Assembly: GCF_964355755.1 (NCBI RefSeq)
Contig: NC_092674.1
Span: 19,468,001 to 19,532,000, forward strand
Reading direction: 5' to 3'
DNA from: Antedon mediterranea
Taxonomy: Eukaryota; Animalia; Echinodermata
Length of the DNA stretch: 64,000 nucleotides
Positions within the stretch are counted from its first letter, which is position 1. The number at the start of each line of letters is the position of its first letter. Shown here in pieces: positions 1-13,100 of the stretch. The position numbers and the translations under genes were made by a program. Under the pieces are notes generated by a model. The model ran no database searches. It had not been told where the DNA came from and worked only from the letters and a program-made list of their open reading frames with translations.

Positions 1-555
1 TTTCTGTAAAAAAAAATTAACCCCTATACCACGGCCAACTCTTATTCAGGGGAAGCTTGTCCCCAAGTATCCAATTAAGGGATTTTACTGTATTTTAATC
101 TATCAAACTTTATATGAAGCATATCTTGATTATTAGCGATGATGACAGACATGAATACATGTTGAAATATCTGGTATTTTATATTAGTATCAATAATCCA
201 ACACAATCCAATTTCCAACAAAAGGTCTATTGAACTCGTAAACCTGATTTAAAACACAATGCCATCAGGACCAGAATTTTGATGATCTGGTGTTCGATAT
301 TTTCGCACAATAAGGATACATTATGAATACTAGTTGAGTTCAATATTGTACGGGTAATTGGTATAAATTGATTTAAATAGGACGTGCACGCACTTTTAAT
401 TGTCACAGAGGGCATAAACATACAGGTATAGTCCAAACATCTATAATTTTGATTTGCCATCTCGGAGTAGTCCTATTTGTAGTTTGAATAAGGATTGTTA
501 ATATAAAATAAAAATAGTATGGGTTATGAATTATGTAATAATAATGATAACTTAC

Positions 556-676
556 AGAATTCAGCGATGTAGAACGAGACAACGTAATCATCTTCACACC
601 AATCAATTGTAGATGTAGGAATTCCCCAGTAGCCATGAACATAATTGCCCACTTGACTCTCAGTAGACATGTGCAT
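556..676 (-). CDS. ACER3: Alkaline ceramidase 3, first coding exon (gene continues beyond the left window edge)
   Basis: Manual translation [40 protein letters not shown](W) matches the ACER3 N-terminal GYWGxxTSTxDWCExxYxVxxYIAEFW motif. It ends at a GTAAGT donor. Not in the ORF track. Confidence 0.93.
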
Positions 677-2862
677 TGTGCTTAATTCATACGACTTAGA
701 AAAAGATCATCCTACAAATAAGAAGAAAACACCTTCCTTCCCTTCTACACTAAAGACAAGTCAACACGAACAAGCATACATCTACTGCACAGTACTGACT
801 CTAACGCCCCTCTAACGTAAAATGTAAACACTGTTTTTGTTGTTATTATGCACCAGATCAGTCTCAAAAGCTCATTCATCCGAAACGCACTGAAGTGGAA
901 CAACGATGAGTTGGCATTATACCCGACCCGGTTGTTCTAATACGGATACAATGGCTCGGATAAATAAAGGGATTATTATTGTTAGTATTCAAACTTGTGT
1001 ACAACAGTATTACTATTAGTCTTACAACTATACAGACCAGGGAGTTACAACTCCCCGTACAGACAATACAAGTTATAGCTTGTGTTTATTTCAGCCCTTG
1101 ATCAATTCGCTCATGTGTGACTGATGCCTTTCTTTCAGGGATAGGATTAGTGGAGATTAGGCCTACTAGAGGTAGTACTTTCCTATATGAACATCCTTAA
1201 GCAATAACGACGTTACTTTTATCAAGGTCACATGTAAAGTTACTATAATTATTAATTATTATCTTAGTGAAATATGTCTAATAAGCAGTTATACTAAATT
1301 AAACCTGCAAAAGAAAAGCTTCATAGTTCCAATTGTTGTTTAAACTAACAACTGGAAGAAATAATAAATTACGGATATCCTGACTTTATGATAAATTCCA
1401 ATGGCGATAGAACAAAATGCATATTGTAGGCGTATATTTGCAGCTGGATTAATTAATGGACAAACATTAAAAAATAATTCGACTTTTACGCAGACACTGA
1501 TAACTACAGGACACTTCACAAATGAAAACCCCTTTAGAATTGTGAACCAAGGTTTCTAACGAATACGAATAGGCGTACATGAACTAACACGTCACCGTAT
1601 AGTAACTTGACAATGTCCATAACGCAAAAACTCAAAAGAAAGACAATAAAGAAAAAATAGACTATAATATGATTTAAAGATGCCCTGTCATGCATTAGGC
1701 CAAAAGATAAACACAATATTATAGGCCTATTGGGGGAACGAAAAACCAGAAGATAAACTAAAAATAATTGGCTTCAAAATGATAATATCAACTGAGCATT
1801 ATAAAAATGATACATCAATAAGTCACCAAGTGAATCCAAATTCAGACGTACAAGTGGTACATGTCTAAAACGTAAGATGTGTGCTTTAGAAAAACATCAT
1901 ATTAAATAGTAAAGAAATCGTTCCAACATAATTACGTAGGTCTTCTATACGAGTACTTAGTGTGGATTTTGGACAAACATACCTTCGTATACCCATGTCC
2001 ATTTTTGTCAAAATCACATGTAGAGTAATTAAAAACATTTCTGATTTATTGTGAATATGGGCTTCTTCATAAATGGCAAATTCCATTTTATTTCATTGGT
2101 CTCGTTTAGATTCTTGTCACTTTTCAGAGACGGCGTCATGCTGGTCAACAGTGGTAGTTTCAGTTTATTCTCTTTTCAAATACATTTTTATTCTATTACT
2201 AGATAAGCCCAGAAAGAAACATTTTGGTCTATTAAAGTACTCAGGACAACTGTGGTTATAATTATTTAATGTAACTAAACTATTTGTTGCTATTTTTTAA
2301 TGTAAATCTAATAGCATTATTAACAAGAAATATTTCTCACAAAAAACGCCGCGTAACTTTTTGACTGGACAGTTGTAAGAACAGTCTTCATTAATCTAAT
2401 ATAATAGGTCGGGCAATCAAAACGCAAGTGAACAATTGGGACTTTACTTGTGATTTATGTCATTGGCCTGTCAGCACAGTCGTTTCTTTCTAGAATTAAA
2501 CGCACAAACTTGTATTGGGAAAAATGTATGTTTATGTGGTTATTACTATCGCATTTAGGTATTGATAATAATAATAATATGGCTTTTGAATATATAATTA
2601 CTGTCTGTAGAATAACATTTATACATTTTTCGGTTCACGATGAAAAGTTATATGAATGGATTTGTAATAGGTATTTATAATAATAGTATGGGTTGTATTA
2701 TTGCTAAGCTATCACCAAATCGCGTTTCTCAGGGTTTTTTGCACCATTGATCAATACCAAACGCGTATCGGTATTATAGTTTTTAATGAATCATTACATT
2801 AATAAAAATACCCAATTAAATCAATCGCGTCAGTCCAATTCCGACTTATGTTTCGATCACAT

Positions 2863-3018
2863 AGTTCTGTGTCTACACTGTCCCAACTAGTTTAACAAAA
2901 AAAGTGTGATGTGCCCAAATATGGTGGTGATATGCCCGAATATCGTAGTGATATGACATCGTCATGTCTATACAATATGGGCACATCATATTTAGTTTGA
3001 TAGTATAGACAGAGCTTA
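2863..3018. mobile_element. Small MITE, PIF/Harbinger-like; related copy at 7233-7372
   Basis: Imperfect TIRs (TCTGTGTCTACACT...AGTATAGACAGAGC) with TAG/TTA-type flanks. A diverged inverted copy lies in CAP-Gly intron 3. Confidence 0.55.
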
Positions 3019-3381
3019 AGGATTATAACTAGGACGATAACGATCGACGATAAATAGACAAATGTGCATTTTTAATACATAAACCAAAATAAATATAAAC
3101 AATTCCTTTGATGAAAATTATATTTTCACACGTCCAATAAAATGACGTCATGATTAGTAAGACCAATAATATCGTGACAATACAGCGATTTTATTGTTTT
3201 TATTTATCATGACGTCATTTGATTGGAATTTGAAAAACATTATTTTTATCAAAGACAGCATAAATGATTATCCTATAGGTCTAGAACGAAAACCTTTCTA
3301 ATTTCTTTTGGTTTATGTAAAAAAAATGCATGCTATATATTTATCGTCCGTCGTTATCGTCATAGTGTAATTGGGCCTTTA
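3017..3381. mobile_element. Palindromic MITE, Harbinger-like
   Basis: Long imperfect inverted arms (GACGATAACGATCGACGATAAATA ... TATTTATCGTCCGTCGTTATCGTC) with TAA/TTA flanks. Confidence 0.55.
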
Positions 3382-5331
3382 TACAAAAAAAATAAATTAA
3401 TTACGAAGTTACATGTCATTTTAACCTATCACCAAAAAACTAACCTTTTCAACACTAATTAATTGTTACGAAGCCAATTTATATTATATATTTTATTAAA
3501 ACTGAACTTTACGGTAAATGATCAGTTAATATGAATAATATAACTAGTAGGCCTATGAACTTGCGTCCAGACACAGAACTGTCACATTACTATCCTAAAT
3601 GTTGAAACCACTTATAAAACCTTTTTTTAAAGAAAATATAATTGTGTTAGGAGAATGTACAAACCTTTTTCTGGATTAATTAATGGAGCAGGCGTTAATA
3701 ATAATCCGCTGCTGCTACCTAGACTGATTGTTCACCTTTTGACGATAATTGATTGGACCCCCCCCCCCCCCCACGGCATCTGATAACCAAAAAAAAATTT
3801 ACCAGGACTGTTTCAATGATTTAATATCTGACGGCGTATTATTATAACATTGGCCTAGATTCTAGATTGACAGTCAAAAGAAAGTCATTGTAAATACCTC
3901 CACTCCTGGGACATAGCTGGCGAGAGCCGCGGCGCGAAAATATTATGAGTATTTGTACATCATGATTTGTATAAAAATGTATAAAAAAAATACAAATACT
4001 GGGGGCGCTATTTTAAGATTTTAGCCTGGCGCGCCTATCGGCAGGAGGTGAGAGACAGCATCCAGCATGTGATTTAAATTGATTGGTTGTGGTTGTTGCT
4101 AGCTAGCCTAGCGACAAAAATACCAAACAATAATATTGTAGTATGTTCCCCCAGTAAACTGTTTCTTTTCATCCCTAATAATTATTATGAGGCTATAAAT
4201 TTCCAAAATAAGCTAGGCCTACCCTGCTGGACCAGTGTCAGGTAGGTACCTAGCCTAGCTAGGGCCGGCTAGTAGTAGGCTAGGCCTACCTAGGCCTAGC
4301 TAGCTAGTAGGCCTACTAGCTAGGCTAGGCTAGGCCCTGGTAGGCCTAGTAGTAGTAGACCTAGACCGTAGGCTAGGTAGGTTGGTTCCATACTTTATTG
4401 GGGCCGAGTTGACCGATTACAATTAGTTTGTGACTGAGTTGACTTGATGCTTGATACCTACCAGCCAGGCCTAGCTAGCTAGGCCTTGACGCGGGGCCTT
4501 CAGCTGACTTGATGATTCCAATGCTTATACACTTATACATTTAGGCAGTAAATAAAACAAATGTTTCTATCTATTTTTTAAAAATCATACAATGATGCAG
4601 GCTAATCTTTTAAGAACATTTTACAATAGGCCTATAATCCTATATTCATTATTTACAGTAGGCCTATAGTATAGGCCTACCGGCTTTAAAAAAACATTTT
4701 ATATTAATATTTTTTTTTAGATTATTAGAGGGTTTAGGTTTAGTTATTTAGGAATTTTATATATAGTAAGAACAAATTATGAAATACAGTACGAGGTTGG
4801 CCAATCACAACACAGTTGTGTTGACGTCTGTTCTCTAACGGCATGTGTTCTCCAGGACTAGGCCATGTTTAGGCAAAATTTTTTAACGATCCCTAGTACT
4901 TGTACTAGTCACACAAATAGTAATACTTCTGTTGGTTGGTGTCTTATCTTAGAACATTCTGATATCTGATTGGTCAGCTGCTCCAAGTTACTCACTGGAG
5001 TGATTGCCACTGTAGTGAATGGTAAAGTCAACTAAATCTCACTTTTCAGCTTAATAACTTATTTAAAGATTTGCTCTTGGATATATTAATATTATTAACA
5101 TTGATATATCCTTCAGAAAGAAGGATTTAAATTCTATCATGTTAATATTAGTTTAATTAACAAGGCCATATACTGTACATGGCTGCAGTTGCGTGCTCAA
5201 GTTAGTGTTTACAGACCAGTCGACCAACATAGTGAGCTGTAGAGTCGCATTGCAAGCAAAAAAATTGGCAAAAATACACCATAGGCTACTTTACACATTT
5301 TATATATTCCTTTATTGTTCTGATATTGTAG

Positions 5332-6017
5332 ACATCTCAAGTAAACCAGCATACGGCCAGGCATATCTAGGCCATCTCAAGTACACCAGCATACGGCCAG
5401 GCATATCTAGGCCATCTCAAGTAAACCAGCATACGGCCAGGCATATCTAGGCCATCTCAAGTACACCAGCATACGGCCAGGCATATCTAGGCCATCTCAA
5501 GTAAACCAGCATACGGCCAGGCATATCTAGGCCATCTCAAGTAAACCAGCATACGGACAGGCGTATCTAGGCCATCTCAAGTACACCAGCATACGGCCAG
5601 GCATATCTAGGCCATCTCAAGTAAACCAGCATACGGCCAGGCATATCTAGGCCATCTCAAGTACACCAGCATACGGCCAGGCATATCTAGGCCATCTCAA
5701 GTAAACCAGCATACGGCCAGGCATATCTAGGCCATCTCAAGTACACCAGCATACGGCCAGGCGTATCTAGGCCATCTCAAGTACACCAGCATACGGCCAG
5801 GCGTATCTAGGCCATCTCAAGTAAACCAGCATACGGCCAGGCGTATCTAGGCCATCTCAAGTAAACCAGCATACGGCCAGGCATATCTACTGTAGGCCAT
5901 CTCAAATAAACCAGCATACGGCCAGGCATATCTAGGCCATCTCAAGTAAACCAGCATACGGCCAGGCATATCTAGGCCATCTCCAGTACACCAGCATACG
6001 GCCAGGCATATCTAGGC
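5332..6017 (+). repeat. 40-bp minisatellite, ~17 near-identical copies
   Basis: Unit GCCATCTCAAGTA(A/C)ACCAGCATACGGCCAGGC(A/G)TATCTAG; the array ends ~12 nt before the CAP-Gly ATG. Confidence 0.97.
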
Positions 6018-6029
6018 CCAAGGCCTAAT

Positions 6030-9000
6030 ATGGTACTCTTCATAAACATCAATGTTGGTCAAAATGTAGAGGTTTTACACAAAGGCAGAATACTGGCTGG
6101 AACTGTCAAGTTCAAAGGTAGCCTAGCTAATGTAAGAGGTGATTGGGTTGGAATAGACCTGCAAGAACCACTTGGTAAACATTGCGGAATATTTAAAGGC
6201 CGCCAGTACTTCACTTGTCATGAAAAGCATGGTATTTTTGTTCATCCATCATGTGTTAGATTTAGCATTACCCGCAGGTGGTAAGTTGAATTTCTAAATT
6301 TATAAGTTTGTTTTGTATTTAATTTTTTTCAGCCAAAAAGAATTATTTAGAAACATTTAGCAAATGTGTAGTATTATTTAGTAAATTTACTGTACCAGCA
6401 AATGGAAATATTGTAACTTACATTCATCTATTGTATTTACTTATTTCATACCAGTTTGTATTTATATTGTTACACTGTATAATATTGGGATTGTTACTGT
6501 ATAAATTACACAAAAATAAAAAAATTGAGGGAAAGAAACATTTTGTTCAAGGGCTTCAATATTATTATTAACTGCGTAGCAGAGCAATTGGACCTCCCGT
6601 CACACTTTTGCTTTCGATTATGTTTATCTACAAAAAGTTGATCTAGGTAGAATTTACAGATTTTTTACTCTCTACGTGTGAAATCAATTATAGCAGGAGA
6701 TGATTGCACACTGCATAGTTCATGAGAGGTCTTGTGTTATCCAATTAGAAGCGTTCTTATATAGACATTCGGTTTGTTTTTAGGAGACCCCTGCGTCATC
6801 AAAAAACTACGTTATGCTAATGCTCGCAGTGTGCTCACATGCACTTCCTGCAATTTCTAGTATATACTAAACGTAAACCTTGAATATTCTTGTTTTCATT
6901 TTCAGTTTGTTTAACAGCTATCGAACTGTGAGTCCAACCTCAATTGTTGATGAAACATTGTTTCAAAAGAGAAGTAAGTATAATTGCATTCAAAATATTT
7001 AATTTACCTACAGTTTTGAAGGAAACCGATATAAGACCCCTCTAGCATACAAACAAAATATATCGCTACATGTTTTGTGTATTTTTTTTAGAATCACATA
7101 TCAGAAGTAAAACAGTACCAACATCAATTTCTGATTCATACCTGGTAACAGCTTCAGATGGATTTGATGGTATGTATTACTGTATATGTAATGCAATTGA
7201 ACAGAATGAAATTCATTGAAATTGTTATTACTAAAGCTCTGTGTACACTGTCAAACTGTATGTACAAATAAAACAATGTGATGTGCCCATATGGATATGT
7301 TGTTTTCATATTTACTACCATATTTGAGCATTTCACACTTTTTTTGTCAAACTAGTTTGTAGATAGAGCTTTAAATACTGTATGTTTTGTAATGCAATAA
7401 GTTTTTGCTGTATATCTCGATGCTTGTCAACCTGAGATTGTATAACTTAGTCAGAAGATTGACCTAACTGTAGATGTGCAAGAAACTTTGTTATATGTCG
7501 TGCAGTGTAAGTTACTCACGCTTTTCTGAAATTATATGGCTTCTCATAAATTTTGAGGAAAAAAATATTTTTCAATGAAACTTTAAGTGTATTTCATAAT
7601 ATGAAGCAACTTTTGACATGATAAAAATGGCGTGCTACTCAAAAATTTACGCGAGTCAAAATGCGCAAAATTAATTTCTAATCAATTTTGCATACATTTA
7701 GGTCATTTTGAGCATTTCAAAATTGTTTGCATTTTGCGCACGCGCTTGTGCGCACAGCTCGTACAAAGCTTAGAAAAATGGTTTTTGCAATTGATTTTTG
7801 TTTTTCATACCACCTGTAGTAGATTGCATTCATTTTCATGAACCTTAATTGCAAAATAACAACGTACGTGCATGTTAAACTTAAATAAATAATCGTGTGC
7901 TAAAGAATAGATACGGTAATTAAATGCAAATTTGTGCAAAAATATACCTATTTTTAATCAGTTATAGTTCCTCAGGATAGCTGTTTACCCCAATTTTTTT
8001 TAATGTATTATGGGAGCTGAGTTGTAGATATCAATTCATGTAAAATTTGTACCTACCTACCATATGGCCACTCGAATTTAAAAAATAGAATTTTTTCTCT
8101 TTATTCCTAGTTAATTCCATTTAATAGAGCCATTTTGCCCTAGATTTTAATATGTTCTTTTCAATCAATTCTCTATCACATGCGTTTTTTAAAAAAACTT
8201 AACAATTTTTTTATTACATTATCATATTAAACATTTAGAATAACGTGACGTCGTCATATGGATAGTTGAAGTTAAAAAGTCAGCTTTTCATCTCTTTTGT
8301 AAAAATTCACTGCATTTAAAATTGTGCGCATCTCACTTTTTCGTGTCTAAAATTCTTCAAATTTTCATTAATGTAATTCTTTAGATCTTTATCTTCTAAG
8401 ATTGATATCTTTGTTACATTTTGTTGACGTCCTCATGTTAAAAATTGGATTGGATGGGTCTCATAATTTCATTTGCTAAACTGTATAAAACATATACAGA
8501 TTATTCCGTAATTACTGTTACACAAAATAGGTACAATTCAACACTGTACTAAACATATCTAATTCATGTCATAGGATGGCATAATAATTGTTGGCGTTCA
8601 TATTTTAATGTATGTGGTGCATGTTGCGTTTGCGCGGATAACCTGAACTCTTCAAAGTGACGATTTCAAATCTAGTATGTTTTTGTTTCATTCAAGATTT
8701 AAAACGTTCTTGGGATGGTCGTATTGAGTCCAACACTTGGAACAGTGCATTAAGCTACAGTGATACCACAAACACTGGCTCATTAAGCCCATCACGAACA
8801 TTCAACTTGCTTCACTCTGTTAGTGGCACAAGGAAAGCTGCCACCATGAGGCCAAAAACAGCTGCGAGATCTTTGTCGTATACAAGCGTACCGATCCATG
8901 CAGAATATGATGAGGAGGTAATGGAATTTATTACTACTCCCACGATTCCTAAATCTCATATGCCAATGGATGTTTTAGCACGTCAAGATAAAAGAGGCTG

Positions 9001-9037
9001 GGATAGACTTCATAAGCCTCGAGAGTGGACAATTTAA
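6030..9037 (+). CDS. CAP-Gly domain protein (~245 aa); exons 6030-6280, 6906-6973, 7092-7169, 8697-9037
   Basis: N-terminal CAP-Gly signature GTVKFKG...WVGIDLQEPLGKHCGIFKGRQYFTC...HGIFV. Three GT-AG introns with consistent phases (2,1,1) give one continuous ORF with a Ser/Thr-rich tail. Confidence 0.88.
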
Positions 9038-10123
9038 GAGCAGTTTTGGCATCAGGAAGTGTCATTTAAATGTTTTTAGTTGCTTTTTGCACTGTAATAT
9101 ATTACATTATTATGTTGGCGTACTGAAATACAAATTATTAATTTAAATATTATTATTATTTTTCATCTGTTTTTATTGCAAAAGGTTTTTAAAATTTTCT
9201 GAGGGCAGGGAAGAAATCACAATTCCTAGTAGTCATTACATGTTGGGAAAGGCTAATTTATAGATATTATAGTATCCCCGAGTTAATATCGGGAGGTTAA
9301 AACAATATTGTTAACTCCAAATAATGATTGTAACATGTTCATTTTCTTGTTTTTAATTACAAACAGGATTGTTTTACTACAGGATACTTTTTACTACAAT
9401 AAATAATAATGACACATTAGTTTGAATTTTGTTCCCATGTTAATATATTGTGACAGTGTGCATCCAGGCCCCTCTGTACTCATTAGATTTTCTTCATAGA
9501 TATGTACTACAGTACATATGAAGGGCCGACAGTGTAAACTGGTTTTTAAAAAATTAATAAATTGTATACAGGAAATAGTCCTAATGTATTAGCAAATTAT
9601 ATGTAAAACTGTAAAATAAGTAACTATAGTATAAATATATATATAAATAAATGTTTGTTAATTATAATTGTTTAATGTTTATTTCACAAAGTACTGTATA
9701 TAGTTTAATTCAACTATAGTATATTCAACAACATTGATACAATTAAAATGAACAAATTCTGTAATGAGGGGATTCTTTAAACAATGAATTGTTCTCTATC
9801 CTTGTATACTCTGGTGAGGCAAGGGTTGAGCAACAGGAAATTAAACACTTGGTGTAAACTCTTTAGGATTGTTATACAAGAAGTATATTGAGTTTCATCT
9901 TAGCCTTCCATTGTAAATATCCTATTAGTTCTCAACTGTGGCTTTATTAACCTGTAGGGCCTATCACTATGACGCCAGCCCTCACTCAGTTGACTGCTAC
10001 CCATGTGGACGTTTTATCTCTTTCATATAGGGAATACTTTGTTACAACTTGAACTGACCCATTATCTGTACTTTAATTCCCTAATATTACAATGTATTGC
10101 CACATTATAGCCCATGTATAAAC

Positions 10124-13100
10124 TCAGGGGCTGTCACTGGAGCTACTGCTTGTTGAATCAGTTGACATTATCTCAACATCTTCTTCATTTTCCTTGTTTT
10201 GCCCTGATGATAGCTGTAATGGCATATTAGGGGATGTAATGGATGACTCGATGTTCATGCTAACTTTGACCTCACAAGATGGCTGCCATGTTGATCCTGA
10301 TAATCCATCTATAAAAACAATGAAAATAAACCTCTGTCATTATGGTACCATGATGCAGAGCTGATTGAATGTTGAATGATTTCAATCATAATCTGATTCG
10401 GTCAAATATACCTGCACATTGTCCAGTATTTTGTATTTTGTATTAAGGAAGAAATTACAGAAGGCTCTCTCTACATTTTTCTATTGCATAACTGTATGGG
10501 CATAACTAAAATGTGACTAATAATGATTTCCTCCCAAAATAGTGCAGTGTGTTTTGAATATGACATGGTTTCATACCGTTGAATGTTGTTATTCTCCTCA
10601 TTTCATCCCATAGGGCTTGTGGATTTCAATAATATTGAAGTGATAGCCCTTACCCTATCCAAAAGTAGAAATGGGTTCTTTAAAGTGAACCTGTGCAGAT
10701 AATATATTTTTCTAAGCTTCTCAGCAACATGAATCTGAGATTATACAGATTGTTAGGTTATCAGTATCATTTGGTAAAAAAAAATTTCGGAAAAATATTA
10801 CAGCCATAACTTACCAGCACCTCCTTGAGTATCTCCAGGCAGTATTGGTAGATTACTTAGCCTGCCGAGTGCACCCATCCTCATCTCTAGATCTCTAGGA
10901 TAAGGTCTGCGAGGATCTCCTGTTAAACAAATTTAAATACTCCTTTTTGAAATTCAAATATGTTTTGTTAACTATACAGTAACAATTTTAGCCTTTAATA
11001 ATTGTTCATGTCATGTCATAATCTACTGTATAATGCAAAATCTATTAAAAATGCATTTTACTTCTATGCTATGTGTACCAACTTTACTTTAAACGTTTGG
11101 TGCTTAATTACCTTGTGACCAGGTAGAGGGTGCTGCAACAGCATTGGTGGCGCTTATTCTGTGGGCATACTTGATGAGTTCTTCAGAGGATATTGAACCT
11201 TTGCTTGCCTGATCAATGGCATCAAGTTTCTGTTTTGCTTGATAGATTGCAGTTGCCTACAATTATAAAGTGTTCACGCAATTAGTTAGTCAGTGGCTGC
11301 TTCATGCCTAGGACATCCACAGTTAGGCTTTACATGTGTAATCAGTGATCGTTCGGACGATGAACAATTTACACATATAAAGGTCATTTCATGCATCTCT
11401 TTACACTATTAAGGTCAAATTGCTCCTTATCTTGTGGTTGATCAGCTTGCAGTTTAAGGTGTAATTGAAAAATCCACCTCATGATGTGGATTTTTGAAAC
11501 AGCAAGTTTATCTCAAAACCATTACACGTGTAAATTTGTTCCGTCCGAACAGGCTCTAAGAGTGAAGCCTCTGGCTCTGAAGATGTTAATAAGTAAATTG
11601 GCTTACAAATACAGGGCATCTATTCTACATTATATCCTGAATTTGAATAAATTGTTATTATTGTTAAAAATTGTTAAAATGTTAGAAATAACATATAAAT
11701 ACGGTACTAGGATGTGTTCTGCTTCCTTCAGATGCTTCTGAAGATTTTTAACATCACAGTCTCTACGATCAACTTCCTCTTGTAATGATTCCATTTCTTT
11801 ACGTTTCTCTCTTTGTTGTTCCGTTTTCTTCAATGTTGTTTCAATCTCCTCATTTTTCTTCATTAACATTTCCATTATCTATTTTTATGAAGTCAATAAA
11901 AAACAAATGAAAAAATAGTACATCAGGAACAAATAAATTACTGGTACTTTATTTCAAACTAATCAAGCAGTTCCTTCTCACTCTTTTTGTCGTCCCCATT
12001 TAAAATAAAAGGAAGGGTAACTTTAAACCATGCTTAACTATGAAAAAAGGTCCATGCCATGCAGTGAATGATGATACATGTTTAAATAAATTTAGTATAT
12101 AATAAATGAAAAAGTTGTGGGAATTTGTGGGAGTAAAACAAACATACAGTAAATAACTAGGTACAATGTGTAAAACAGATTTAAGAAAAAAATGATATCT
12201 ATTTAAAAAAAACGAAAAATACTCACCTGGGGATCATCATTAGGAGGTTTTTGACGAGCTGCAGAGGTTGCATCAAAAAGTTCTCTAAAAAATTCAACAA
12301 ACCTATTCTGTTAAGAATTGTGATTTTTATAGCCACTTGACAGAAAAAAACATCGGATACATACTTTATTTGGAAGCATGGCGAATGAATGCTTAGTTAG
12401 CCTTATTTAGGCCTAGGCTAGTTAGAACTAGCCTAGTACTAGAAAAGGATAGTTAGTAGTAGTAGTAGGTAGCCTAGGCCTACTGCTAGTAGGCCGCGTA
12501 GCAGCCAAGGGCCAAGGCCTCTATCTAGTCTAGGCCCTAGCTAGGCCGGTATCGGATCATCTCGGTCGCGTTTCATTTCGGTCGCGCTTCCGGGAAATCG
12601 AACTTCCGGCGATTTCTATGGAACGCCGCTCAATGCAGTACTGTACACTGTAAGCTCTAATTAAAGATCGAAGTGTAGTCTCTTTTTAGGTGTTTATTTA
12701 AAAATGATTTTATATAATAATCATTATATTTAAATAAATATTGTAAAAACAGTATGTTATTAATATTAGTTTAACTTTTTTTTAAATGTTTTTATAAGCA
12801 ATATATTTTGATATATTTTGTAAATATTCTATTTGTTTCTGACGGGAAAAATAACATACAAACTCACTTTACACTTTTGTCAATGATCATTCAATCTTTT
12901 TATTTTAAAACAAAAACATATACACAAATATTTACATATATTTAAAAACAAAACATAGATACGTTAATGTAATGCAAAACAAACTCGTTTCACACTGTTT
13001 TTCAATTCAATCCTTTTATTTTTAAAACAAAAACGCATATACAAATGTTTACATTCATCATTCAAATTGAAACCTTTTTATTTACAATACATCTACAAAC

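Noticed and set aside
5193-5450. ORF running into the 40-bp array; the array as a possible CRISPR
   Set aside because: The units are head-to-tail with no unique spacers, there are no cas genes, and the context is eukaryotic. The ORF is a by-product of the repeat.
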